From positions 1 through 60,476 of the IMG/VR virus record IMGVR_UViG_3300048996_000064: DNA of 60,476 bases; one strand, 5' to 3'. Shown here one piece after another: positions 1-8,308 of this stretch (position 1 is its first letter; each line of letters opens with the position of its first letter). This DNA comes from a virus. Taxonomy: Duplodnaviria > Caudoviricetes. The notes under the pieces were generated by a model, which did no database searches, had not been told where the DNA came from, and saw nothing but the letters and a program-made list of their open reading frames with translations. Both the position numbers and the translations under genes were made by a program.

Positions 1-410
1 TAAGCAATTCATTTATTGATGAAAGTAATTTACTGACGCTATTCTTAAGGAGACAGAGTTTTTTAAAGTTACTATCCAAGACACAAATTTCTCCAATGCA
101 AATGCCCAAAAACATTGAGGGAAACCCACAATCTATTAAATTCCTTCGGGGATGTGGTCTCTCTGATCTGGAAATTGAATTCTGTAAGCTTTACAAGATA
201 AATCTGACAGACTCTCAAATAACTGATATTGGCTATAAGATTATCGAAAGCCGGACGAATTGTTCTTTGGAACTTTATTCTTGTTTTATCAGCTATTCCT
301 CTCAAAATACTGACTTTACAAAAAACTATTTGATAATCTTCAAAACTCAGGGGTTCACTGCTGGTATGCGCCGGAAGACTTAAAAATTGGCGATAAAATC
401 CGGCATGAGA
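1..410 (+). pseudogene. Frameshifted, truncated pentapeptide-repeat + TIR-domain gene
   Basis: Bases 1-100 read pentapeptide-like SN(F)TD AILKE TEFFK VTIQD TNFSN across a frameshift. ORF 96..383 has FLRGCGLSD...YSCFISYSS. Adding one A to the run at 320-325 continues as KLFDNLQNSGVHCWYAPEDLKIGDKIRHEI, a typical TIR_2 start, which then breaks off at ~411. Confidence 0.75.
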
Positions 411-677
411 TTACTTTTCTTTTACCTCTCTCTTAATTATAAAAACCGGGTCGATTGATTGTACTAGGTATTCAGGGTCTTTGCCTTTCTTCTGTCTCCA
501 GGTTATTACACTCTGCCCCGCATTCCTAGCCTTCTCTAATTTTTTGCAGGTCCAACCCGTTAATTCCATGATCCATGAAGCAGGTACCCAGGTTGGTGTT
601 TGTTTCAACGGTTCTAGCTTGTGCTCTATCCTTTGCAGAATAGCATACAGATCGTTCATAGATACAGGATTATTCAT
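411..677 (-). CDS. Small DNA-binding/excisionase-like protein, paralog of prophage ORF 5672..5902
   Basis: TPTWVPASWIMELTGWTCKKLEKAR aligns with TPAWVGFSFIKDLTGWNAEKRRQAV. Both have an N-terminal coiled segment and a Y-x-x-x-S-I-x-x-x-F C-terminus. Confidence 0.55.
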   Translation of the reverse strand: MNNPVSMNDLYAILQRIEHKLEPLKQTPTWVPASWIMELTGWTCKKLEKARNAGQSVITWRQKKGKDPEYLVQSIDPVFIIKREVKEK

Positions 678-759
678 AATATTACCTTTTGTTTTTCTTT
701 AAAGATATGCCCTTGCTGATCCGAAAGGATAAGAGTATTTTTATAATCAACCTTAGATT

Positions 760-1200
760 ATGCGAATAATAATCCTAGTAACTACATTGTTAGCTGCAAC
801 TGTTTGCTTAGCTCAACAGATCCCGAGGAAAGCGAATGTTATTAAAGTATCCCAGGTCACGTTTAAGCAGGTTGCAATGTCCTTGCTTGACGCTGGATAC
901 TTATTTCAGAAGATAGACAGCAATTACAATACTATTACCACAGAGCCTAAGGAGTACTCCCGCAAGGTAGGCGGCATGATACAATTAAACATTCGCGTAA
1001 AGGATAGCACCGTAATAATATCCGGGTATTGTGGATTAACGGAAGGCGATTTTAATAGCAGACCTTCTACTGCTCTGGGAGGCAAATCAGAAATAGCAAA
1101 CCAGGGAATGAAAGGTAGCCTTATGCGTGAAAGTTTTGACGTAATGAATAAGTTTGCTCGTTCTCTTGGTACGGATATCGTTTATATTAAAGAGGATTGA
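760..1200 (+). CDS. Secreted hypothetical protein
   Basis: Sec signal peptide MRIIILVTTLLAATVCLA-QQ; 146 aa. Confidence 0.6.
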   Translation: MRIIILVTTLLAATVCLAQQIPRKANVIKVSQVTFKQVAMSLLDAGYLFQKIDSNYNTITTEPKEYSRKVGGMIQLNIRVKDSTVIISGYCGLTEGDFNSRPSTALGGKSEIANQGMKGSLMRESFDVMNKFARSLGTDIVYIKED

Positions 1201-1249
1201 GCCCGGTTTGAGTGCAAAAAATATGTTAAATGGTATGAAAATCGGAAAT

Positions 1250-1280
1250 AAAAAAGGGCTCTAATTGCTTAGAACCCTTT
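1250..1280 (-). terminator. Intrinsic terminator just outside the left att (original tRNA-downstream terminator; possibly bidirectional)
   Basis: AAAGGGCTCTAA-TTGC-TTAGAACCCTTT hairpin; the A-run at 1250-1255 gives a U-tract on the minus strand. Confidence 0.65.
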
Positions 1281-1287
1281 CCTGTGG

Positions 1288-1303
1288 CCGTGACCCCGCA
1301 CGG
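1288..1303. repeat. attL: Left attachment core (16-bp direct repeat of tRNA-Lys 3' end)
   Basis: CCGTGACCCCGCACGG, identical to 58976-58991, about 150 bp upstream of the integrase. Confidence 0.92.
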
Positions 1304-1335
1304 ATTACTTAACAAGTTTTTCGTATTATTAATAT

Positions 1336-1348
1336 AATCAGTTACTTA
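1336..1348 (+). promoter_or_regulatory. Putative IHF-like binding site in att arm
   Basis: AATCAGTTACTTA fits WATCARNNNNTTR and lies between the core and the arm sites. Confidence 0.35.
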
Positions 1349-1432
1349 CGTTCAAACACACACCTATCAAGGCTTTCGGGTAAATTAATATTATGATGCA
1401 GTATGGTGCATCATGGCGTAAAAAGACATATA

Positions 1433-1454
1433 ATTGTACCCCAAACTGTCCCCC
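1433..1454. repeat. Putative integrase arm-type sites (left arm)
   Basis: ATTGTACCCCA plus TGTCCCCC at 12-bp spacing; ATTGTACCCCA recurs exactly at 58914-58924. Confidence 0.65.
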
Positions 1455-1455
1455 G

Positions 1456-2646
1456 ATGCCAAAATCAACTTTCGTCCTCAAAGATCCAAAGTCTAAAAAT
1501 ACAGCCATTAAACTACTTTACACCTGCTCAGATGGAAGGCTCCCCTACTACACCGGCGAATCGATCAACCCAACCCTATGGCCCCAAAAAATAACAAAAG
1601 GCACCACAGCCATTTTAAGCCGCATTACAGACACGGTAAATAAAACCATCGAAAGATACAAGATTATCGGAGAACCCTTAACCAAAGAGGCCCTGAAAGC
1701 TGCCATCGATGCTGTGCTGAATAAAAAGACCAAGACCCCGGCTTCTGATATGTACGGTGCTATGGAAGATGTGATCTCTAAAATGAGAACCGGGGAAATC
1801 CTGACACCCAAGACCAAGAAAAAATATGCTGCAAGTAGTATCAAAAACTTCAAATTCACGGTCATCTGCCTGAGACGCTTTGACCCCCGGCTGAAAATAT
1901 CCACCACTACACTATCAACTTATTACCGTTTTATTACCTGGTGCCATGAAAAGGACCTGTCTACTAATTATATCGGGACGCGTATCAAGAACTGGAAGAC
2001 CCTTGGCCAGATCGTCGGGGGTAGTGATATATTCCGGCACCCTGAATTTAAAAAACTGCAGGAGGACACCTTTGATATCTTCCTTGATGAAGAAGAGGTA
2101 AAAAGAATAATCGATTTGAAACTTCCCGTCGTCCGCTATGATCTTGTACGGGACTGGTTTGTGATCGGGTGCTATACCGGGCTCAGGGTTTCAGATATGC
2201 TATCTCTTACAAAACAAAACCTCGGCAAAGATTATATAACGATCGCCAATGAAAAGACAGATGAAAAAGTAGTGATACCTATCCACAAAAATGTAAAGAA
2301 GATCCTTACAAAATACAAAGGCTTTCCTCCAAAAATAACCGATGTAGAATTAAACCGTATCATAAAGGAAATAGCATGTAAAGCAAAGATCAACGATGAT
2401 GTACTTTACTCACTCACCAAAGGAGGTAAAAGAAAAGACTATTATTTAAAGAAATGGGAAATGGTTTCAAGCCACTCGATGAGGCGAACAGCTATTACCA
2501 ATATGAGGAAGTTTATACCGCCTGTTCCCGATTCATTGATAAAAAAAATCACTGGTATTAAATCAGATAAGACACTTTCCCGTTATGACAAGATAACGGC
2601 CGATGAAGCAGCAAGGATAGCAGCAACACATGAGTTTTATAAATAG
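1456..2646 (+). CDS. int: Tyrosine recombinase (phage integrase)
   Basis: GCYTGLRVSD (R), EKT (K), SHSMRRT (HxxR), SRY (Y). N-terminal arm-binding-like and SAM-like regions. Likely start is ATG 1456 (MPKSTF) rather than 1393. Confidence 0.93.
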   Translation: MPKSTFVLKDPKSKNTAIKLLYTCSDGRLPYYTGESINPTLWPQKITKGTTAILSRITDTVNKTIERYKIIGEPLTKEALKAAIDAVLNKKTKTPASDMYGAMEDVISKMRTGEILTPKTKKKYAASSIKNFKFTVICLRRFDPRLKISTTTLSTYYRFITWCHEKDLSTNYIGTRIKNWKTLGQIVGGSDIFRHPEFKKLQEDTFDIFLDEEEVKRIIDLKLPVVRYDLVRDWFVIGCYTGLRVSDMLSLTKQNLGKDYITIANEKTDEKVVIPIHKNVKKILTKYKGFPPKITDVELNRIIKEIACKAKINDDVLYSLTKGGKRKDYYLKKWEMVSSHSMRRTAITNMRKFIPPVPDSLIKKITGIKSDKTLSRYDKITADEAARIAATHEFYK

Positions 2647-2648
2647 AG

Positions 2649-2801
2649 TTACTTCTTACGCATATACTTTTGAAGCCTGAAAACCCCGGCGATCACTACC
2701 GCAAAGAAAGCTATTGAGATAGAAAGGCCGATCAGCACAGGGTCTTTTTCAAGGAGCCCCATTACTAATAATGCAGTTATAATAATGATTACTTCTTTCA
2801 T
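2649..2801 (-). CDS. Small two-TM membrane protein (50 aa; not in ORF track)
   Basis: MKEVIIIITALLVMGLLEKDPVLIGLSISIAFFAVVIAGVFRLQKYMRKK; starts 4 bp after the stop of the SGNH gene. Confidence 0.6.
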   Translation of the reverse strand: MKEVIIIITALLVMGLLEKDPVLIGLSISIAFFAVVIAGVFRLQKYMRKK

Positions 2802-2805
2802 AAAA

Positions 2806-3468
2806 CTATTTTAGATAAGGGTCAATTTCTTTTTTCCAACGCTGGTAACCTTTGCCGTTTAGGTGAATGCCGTCACGGGTAAGGGTGCTGTCAAGGTACC
2901 CGTTATACATAAGCGCTTGCGACAGATCGATAAATTTTATGCTCAGTGAATCACAGTTATTATGCAGCCAGTTATTAAACTTATTAACCAACTCCTGCTT
3001 ACCTGTGCTTGCAGCAACAGGAGGTATTGACTGAACATAAACATAAGGTATTCGCTTTTTGGCAAGTGTAAGTATTTCTTTATAATCACTATAAAACTCT
3101 GCCTCAGGATACCAGAGATCATTTGTACCTGCTTCAATAAAAAGTTTCACTGGTCTGTTAGGGATGATCGTTTGCAATCGTGAAAGGATCATCCGGGCCC
3201 TATTGCCCACTATACCCCGGTTTTTGATCGGCAAGTCAGGGTAATATTCATTGAGCGGAAATCCTTCTGTATGAGAGGTGCCTATAAATACGATGGACGA
3301 TGAATCAACAGGAAGAGAGTTCTGTACATCATACCTTACCTGGTTCCACTGGTCCATGTCTTTATTGACAGATGTAACAGTTACTTTCTTATAGATAATG
3401 AAAGATCCGAGTACCACATTTGCAGCAACAGAAAGGAATAGAAAAGTCTTTACAGTGACAAGTTTCAT
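2806..3468 (-). CDS. Membrane-anchored SGNH/GDSL esterase
   Basis: N-terminal TM segment. Block I FIGTSHTEG, block II NRGIVG, block III GTND, block V DGIHLN. Confidence 0.85.
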   Translation of the reverse strand: MKLVTVKTFLFLSVAANVVLGSFIIYKKVTVTSVNKDMDQWNQVRYDVQNSLPVDSSSIVFIGTSHTEGFPLNEYYPDLPIKNRGIVGNRARMILSRLQTIIPNRPVKLFIEAGTNDLWYPEAEFYSDYKEILTLAKKRIPYVYVQSIPPVAASTGKQELVNKFNNWLHNNCDSLSIKFIDLSQALMYNGYLDSTLTRDGIHLNGKGYQRWKKEIDPYLK

Positions 3469-3477
3469 TATATAAAT

Positions 3478-3687
3478 TTATCTTTTTACACAATGCCATG
3501 ATAATTGACCGAATGCGTCACTTTGAGGAAGCTGATCTTCCGGCTGGCCATCGGTACAAACTTTTTCATTATAAGTCCCGCCTGTCCCGATGTTAGGAGC
3601 GTCGCAATCATAACATGGTCTGCTTTCACTCTTTTTGGAACATGCGAATGATGCCATCAGCATGCAGAGAAGAAGTATTTTTTTCAT
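3478..3687 (-). CDS. Small Cys-rich lipoprotein (possible superinfection exclusion)
   Basis: Lipobox SFA-C after a hydrophobic core; CYDC plus two more Cys; located in the immunity operon. Confidence 0.6.
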   Translation of the reverse strand: MKKILLLCMLMASFACSKKSESRPCYDCDAPNIGTGGTYNEKVCTDGQPEDQLPQSDAFGQLSWHCVKR

Positions 3688-3932
3688 ATGAGGGTTGAAT
3701 AGTTAGAGTAAATACTTATAAGAATAAAGAGAAAATTGTTTGAGGTCAAAAAGAACGCATTCGGGTATTCATTTTTTTGGATAGTTAACATGTGTTCGTA
3801 CCTTTTACATTCTACTGTACGCCGCCCCTTTAATTCAATGCTCCTGTTTGCAACCTTTACTTTCGACGACTCCGCCGATTGCTCATACATTTAAATTGAC
3901 TGCTATGCCATCCAGCGAATTTAGGGACACTC

Positions 3933-4589
3933 CTATGCAGTGCTCTTTGTGCCTCCATCAGAGGGAATGCCCTCCTTCATGTCTTTACCGCTTTCATGCA
4001 TCCCAAAACGAATGCCCAGTCTTTGAAGGGCTTCCTCCTTCGAGTGAATCCTCAGGCCGGAAGCTATTTCAGCCAGCACGTCCAGAAGAGCAGGAGAAAT
4101 GGCGGGGTCGTTTATATGTTTATCTCCAACTGAACCGGCAATAGACCTTAATAGCTTTGTCAGATCAGCGTTACTATCAACCAGGGATTTCTCTTTTTCT
4201 GCATTGACGAGTTCGGCTTTTGCCCTAACTAAAGCGGCATCGGCTAATTTATTATTGCTATCTGCCAGTTTGTTGATCGTCTCAAGGGTATTCCCCGGAA
4301 GGCTATTTTCTCCAATTTGTTGATCCCCAGACGTTCCACGATTCGCATTTTCTCCATTTATTTTAGACTTATCTCCATCCAGCCATTGCAATATTAGGCG
4401 TTCATCCTCCGCTTTTGGATTAGTGCCCTCCTGATTCCACTTATAGACACGAGCCTTTGGTATTCCCGATTCTCTTGAAAACCGGGTGACGCTAATGTTT
4501 TGGCTTTTGAGTGTACTGTAAAGCCTAATAACCAGTTGGTTAGTAATTTTAGACACAAGGTTGCATTTATAATTCAGAGAAATCTCCAC
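3933..4589 (-). CDS. Phage repressor (cI-like, N-terminal HTH)
   Basis: ISVTRFSRESGIPKARVYKWNQEGTNPK HTH, divergent from a cro-like gene. The true start may be GTG 4556. No S24 peptidase domain is evident. Confidence 0.75.
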   Translation of the reverse strand: MEISLNYKCNLVSKITNQLVIRLYSTLKSQNISVTRFSRESGIPKARVYKWNQEGTNPKAEDERLILQWLDGDKSKINGENANRGTSGDQQIGENSLPGNTLETINKLADSNNKLADAALVRAKAELVNAEKEKSLVDSNADLTKLLRSIAGSVGDKHINDPAISPALLDVLAEIASGLRIHSKEEALQRLGIRFGMHESGKDMKEGIPSDGGTKSTA

Positions 4590-4627
4590 ATAAATTTGGA
4601 GTAACGGAGAAATCTCTATTATATTTA
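4577..4627. promoter_or_regulatory. Lysis/lysogeny switch: two GAGAAATCTC operators and a rightward promoter
   Basis: Quasi-palindrome GAGA-AA-TCTC at 4577-4586 and 4607-4616. TTTG (4595-4598) + 21 nt + TATATTTA (4620-4627) resembles the Bacteroidetes -33/-7 promoter. Confidence 0.6.
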
Positions 4628-4661
4628 CATTCAGATTTCCGAATGAATTTAAAACGAATAT

Positions 4662-4883
4662 ATGAAAATCAAAATTGAGGTTTTACAAAGACTGGATAAT
4701 AATAGTGGTTACGGCCTGGTCATGAGAACCTTGGACGTGGCTGCTACTACTGCACGTGATTATGTAAAAAAGAACAGTGAGAACCTAACCAAGGTCGCAA
4801 TGGTAAAAGCGATCGCCGAGGAATTTGGATTAGCGGATGATGATATCCTAGAAGTATCAGAGGTAAGGGAAACGCAAAACTAA
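4662..4883 (+). CDS. Cro-like small DNA-binding protein
   Basis: 73 aa, helical, first gene divergent from the repressor. Confidence 0.55.
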   Translation: MKIKIEVLQRLDNNSGYGLVMRTLDVAATTARDYVKKNSENLTKVAMVKAIAEEFGLADDDILEVSEVRETQN

Positions 4884-4893
4884 TATCCACTTT

Positions 4894-5496
4894 TTGTTTA
4901 TGCAAGAGCTAGAATTAAATAAAATAGTTGTTCGTATTTATACGCTTACTAACCCGATCAACGGCGAGATATTCTACGTCGGAAGAACAAAAAACGCCTT
5001 ACACTGTAGGTTATCAACACATAATTATAAGTCGATGACCAAAAAATGGGATACATCATTACGGGATTATTATAAAACACTTCAAGAGCAAGGGATAAAA
5101 CCACTAATTGAGGAAATAGATAGAACTACATGGGCAAGAAAGAAAGAGGTTGAAGAGTACTGGATTCAACAATTGTCATCATGGGGGTTTAAGCTGCATA
5201 ACAAAAGGCACTATGTAAACAAAAGTTATTATGTAAGAGTCCCGCTCCCGTATGAGAACTTGTCAGCTATAGACTTAGGAATCATTCACAGACTTTATAG
5301 GGGCGGAGATTTTACTGAGATAGGCAAAATAGCCAAAGTATCAAGAGAGTACGTAAGAAAATTTTTCAAGCGTCACAGAATGCCCGGATATATAAAGGAT
5401 GCTTATTTGAAATATTATCGTAAGCGAGCAAAAGAAGTAGCTGAGTGGTACTTGTTGGGAGAAGAATCAAACAATCATTTATCTAAGGTTGCATAA
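4894..5496 (+). CDS. GIY-YIG nuclease-family protein with C-terminal HTH-like region
   Basis: RIYTLTNP...FYVGRT...R...H, EEYWI, L-H-N; C-terminal FTEIGKIAKVSREYVRKFF. Confidence 0.7.
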   Translation: MFMQELELNKIVVRIYTLTNPINGEIFYVGRTKNALHCRLSTHNYKSMTKKWDTSLRDYYKTLQEQGIKPLIEEIDRTTWARKKEVEEYWIQQLSSWGFKLHNKRHYVNKSYYVRVPLPYENLSAIDLGIIHRLYRGGDFTEIGKIAKVSREYVRKFFKRHRMPGYIKDAYLKYYRKRAKEVAEWYLLGEESNNHLSKVA

Positions 5497-5671
5497 AAAC
5501 TAATGACCGATCAATCATTAAATAAACCCTTGTTATGTACGTATATATTCAATCAGAAAAAAAATTATGGACTGTTGGATTTTATGACCCTCAGGGTAAA
5601 TGGCACTCGGAAAGCGATCATGGAATAAGGGAAGACGCTGCCGAAAGAGTTCATTATTTAAATGGAGGAAA

Positions 5672-5902
5672 ATGACCCTCGAACAAAAAATAGATAAGGT
5701 ACTTGAAATAGCGCAGCAGCAGCAGCGGTCAGCAAGGACACCTGCGTGGGTAGGGTTTTCTTTCATTAAAGATTTAACAGGATGGAATGCTGAGAAAAGA
5801 AGACAGGCGGTAAAGCATGGTATAATGAAGAAAAAAAAGGGAGAGAATTTGTACGATGCTAATTCTATACCGGAAAGATTTCTTAAAAAACAAATTGTAT
5901 GA
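5672..5902 (+). CDS. Excisionase-like small DNA-binding protein
   Basis: Basic ~76 aa protein with winged-helix-like WV..IKDLTGW; early-operon position; paralog at 411..677. Confidence 0.5.
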   Translation: MTLEQKIDKVLEIAQQQQRSARTPAWVGFSFIKDLTGWNAEKRRQAVKHGIMKKKKGENLYDANSIPERFLKKQIV

Positions 5903-6123
5903 ATATAAAATTACCATCTATTCTGGAAGTACCGGCACCATCAGGCACTAAGGTTATTGCTAATGATGATTTTATAACGCTTGCAAGGAAAAACACCAAA
6001 AAGGACACTTTCAAATTATTCACCTGCCGGAAAGAAGAAATTCATCTGTTTGATTTAAATCAGGAAGACAACTGGATGGATTTTACCCGTGATGAATTGA
6101 AAAAGGTTCTGGCATTAAAATAA
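5899..6123 (+). CDS. Hypothetical phage protein
   Basis: ATGA overlap with the upstream gene. Confidence 0.55.
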   Translation: MNIKLPSILEVPAPSGTKVIANDDFITLARKNTKKDTFKLFTCRKEEIHLFDLNQEDNWMDFTRDELKKVLALK

Positions 6124-6146
6124 CCAACCAATAAAACCCCAATCCA

Positions 6147-6488
6147 ATGAGACAGTTACAGCAGATCACAGAAATAATCAATAATCTGGAAACAGGCCCG
6201 GCAATAATAGACTACTGGAAAAAGAGTGTAGCAGATGGTCATGTAGTCGATGTTCTCTACGCTATCAAATCAGAATTAATAGAAAACAGGAAGTGGATAG
6301 TAGTCCTGATAGGTGAGTTGCTTACTCAAACAATAGAAGAGTTCAACCCTGTTATTGAAAACGAAATCCTTCTGGAAGAACTGAATGACTTATGGATGGC
6401 TCCCCGTGATAGCAGGAACTTCTCAGCTATCCGTAAAATGATCTATGATATTGAAACCCTTTATAAGATCGCTGAACTTAAAAAATAA
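6147..6488 (+). CDS. Hypothetical phage protein
   Basis: Tightly packed co-directional early ORF. Confidence 0.55.
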   Translation: MRQLQQITEIINNLETGPAIIDYWKKSVADGHVVDVLYAIKSELIENRKWIVVLIGELLTQTIEEFNPVIENEILLEELNDLWMAPRDSRNFSAIRKMIYDIETLYKIAELKK

Positions 6489-6493
6489 TTGCT

Positions 6494-6865
6494 ATGTCAA
6501 CAACTTTAAAGATCACAGTTACTAAAGAGATATTGGAGAAGAGTAAAATGTGCGGTACTAAGCTAGGGATTTTGATGTCCGAAAATTGCGCCATAGCGAT
6601 AGCTGTTAGAGATATTTTTCCGGATGCTTGTGTAGGTAATCCACAAATACTTTTGGGGGTTCTGCCATTTGATGTGGTCAATCTTCCAATAGATGCCATA
6701 AAATTTATCGAACGGTTTGATGTGTCCTCTCCCCAAGATCGTGTAAATATGGAACCTATTTCTTTTGAAATAGAAATCCCCGATGAAGTAATCGCAAAGA
6801 TCAACATCGATGAATTGCGCCCTTTACTTATCAATCATCCAACACTTGAATTAGTAAACCATTAA
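6494..6865 (+). CDS. Hypothetical phage protein
   Basis: Tightly packed early ORF with NCAIAIA motif. Confidence 0.55.
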   Translation: MSTTLKITVTKEILEKSKMCGTKLGILMSENCAIAIAVRDIFPDACVGNPQILLGVLPFDVVNLPIDAIKFIERFDVSSPQDRVNMEPISFEIEIPDEVIAKINIDELRPLLINHPTLELVNH

Positions 6866-6868
6866 GCT

Positions 6869-7234
6869 ATGAATCAGAATACGCCGCAGTTTGCGATAGG
6901 GCAGAAAATAGTCAGAATAATTAAAGGTGATTACCCCGGCAAGCTTGCTGGAGAAATTGGCGACGAACACTTTGTTAACGCACTTGACTATTGCACCAAA
7001 TGTAAAAAATGGTTTGTTGATATTGGTACACGTAAGGCCACTACTCTCACAGCTTATAAATCTATCTGTGGTTGCGGTGATACCAAAGATATGGATGAGC
7101 CAATAATCTGGCACGAATCAACAGCCTTCGCCCCGGATGAAAAATCATATAAAGATATGCGCAAAGAGATAGCTGATAGCTTCTTTCAAACTAAAGAAGT
7201 ACCAGATAAACTATTAATTCCTAAGACCAATTGA
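6869..7234 (+). CDS. Hypothetical protein with Zn-binding Cys motifs
   Basis: CTKC ... CGCG. Confidence 0.55.
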   Translation: MNQNTPQFAIGQKIVRIIKGDYPGKLAGEIGDEHFVNALDYCTKCKKWFVDIGTRKATTLTAYKSICGCGDTKDMDEPIIWHESTAFAPDEKSYKDMRKEIADSFFQTKEVPDKLLIPKTN

Positions 7235-7349
7235 TAAACCGCCCCGTCCCTGTGAAAACGTTTAAAACTAATTGCAATGAAAACGATTTTATACTTACTG
7301 TGTTTCCTGGTTCTTGAGGTAGTGGGAACGATATTTTATAAACGCAATA

Positions 7350-7541
7350 TTGATTAAAAGTAACCCCTACCCTATGTATATAATAATAACAGCCATGATA
7401 GTGATTGGATTTATAGCTGGATTAATGGTATGGTCTGAGTGGCAGAAAAGAAAGTTAATGAGTCCCTTTAATCCGAGACTGGATAAAGAAGCTGATAAGT
7501 TACTGGAAAAGCATTTTATCAAACAGTTAATGAATAAATAA
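7350..7541 (+). CDS. Small single-TM protein
   Basis: Hydrophobic IIITAMIVIGFIAGLMVW. Confidence 0.45.
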   Translation: MIKSNPYPMYIIITAMIVIGFIAGLMVWSEWQKRKLMSPFNPRLDKEADKLLEKHFIKQLMNK

Positions 7542-7547
7542 ATAATC

Positions 7548-8012
7548 ATGCAAACATCTTACACCGTAGATTACTTTCTGGATAAGTTCTCTAAAATACC
7601 TGAAAGCCGTTGGACAACACATGTATTTTCTGAAAAGAAGTTTTTATCAACCAGGAAATGTTGTGCACAAGGCCACTGTCTTCCCCTATTCGTTCTTAAA
7701 GAGACGGAAAAGAAGAAGAGTATAAACATACGAATTGATAAATACTCTATACATGATTTTTCTGAAGCATTTGCACTAATAGCTTTATTTGGTCAAAGAA
7801 ACCTCACTACAAGCCAAAGGATTGCAAATATAAATAATGGTTCAGACATCCACTATAATCAACCAACTCCCAAACAAAGAATCCTTGCAGCTCTCAGAGA
7901 TATAAAAAAGTTGCAGGAGCCTGAAGCAAAACCAGAAGTCAAAGAGAGAATCAAATATGTATCGGTACCAACCTCGATAACAGAGCAGACAAAGGAAATA
8001 ATATTATCATAA
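7548..8012 (+). CDS. Hypothetical phage protein
   Basis: 154-aa ORF with CCAQGHC motif. Confidence 0.55.
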   Translation: MQTSYTVDYFLDKFSKIPESRWTTHVFSEKKFLSTRKCCAQGHCLPLFVLKETEKKKSINIRIDKYSIHDFSEAFALIALFGQRNLTTSQRIANINNGSDIHYNQPTPKQRILAALRDIKKLQEPEAKPEVKERIKYVSVPTSITEQTKEIILS

Positions 8013-8042
8013 AATTTTTTTTTAGGATAAGGTTTAATGGTG

Positions 8043-8166
8043 ACCGGGGTGAGTTGGTAGCCGCCCCGGTTTATTTAAAAGTTCTTTAAACATAATTCAA
8101 GAATCTTTCCATAGAAGGGTTAGGCACAGAGGCCGGTTCTCATAGCTTTCACCGGCCTCACTTTTT
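8043..8166 (+). promoter_or_regulatory. Two GC-rich hairpins flanking a boxA-like element (termination/antitermination region)
   Basis: ACCGGGG..CCCCGGT (8043-8070); AAGTTCTTTAAACA (8079-8092); GAGGCCGGT..ACCGGCCTC followed by a T-run (8129-8167). Confidence 0.45.
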
Positions 8167-8308
8167 AAAATGACAAACGAAACTATAAATATTGAAACCG
8201 AGGATTTAACTGAAGGTATCAGTGATCTATTCTTTTTGGCATTGGCTGATGGTTTGGTAGATATTGATTTAAAAGCGTAAACACAATTTTAATAATAAAA
8301 CCAATTGT

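Noticed and set aside
1393-1455. N-terminal extension of the integrase given in the ORF track
   Set aside because: It overlaps the inverted repeat and arm-type sites; MPKSTF at 1456 is the more plausible start
3684-3890. 68-aa ORF between the repressor and the lipoprotein
   Set aside because: No recognisable features and low-complexity end; cannot be supported as a gene
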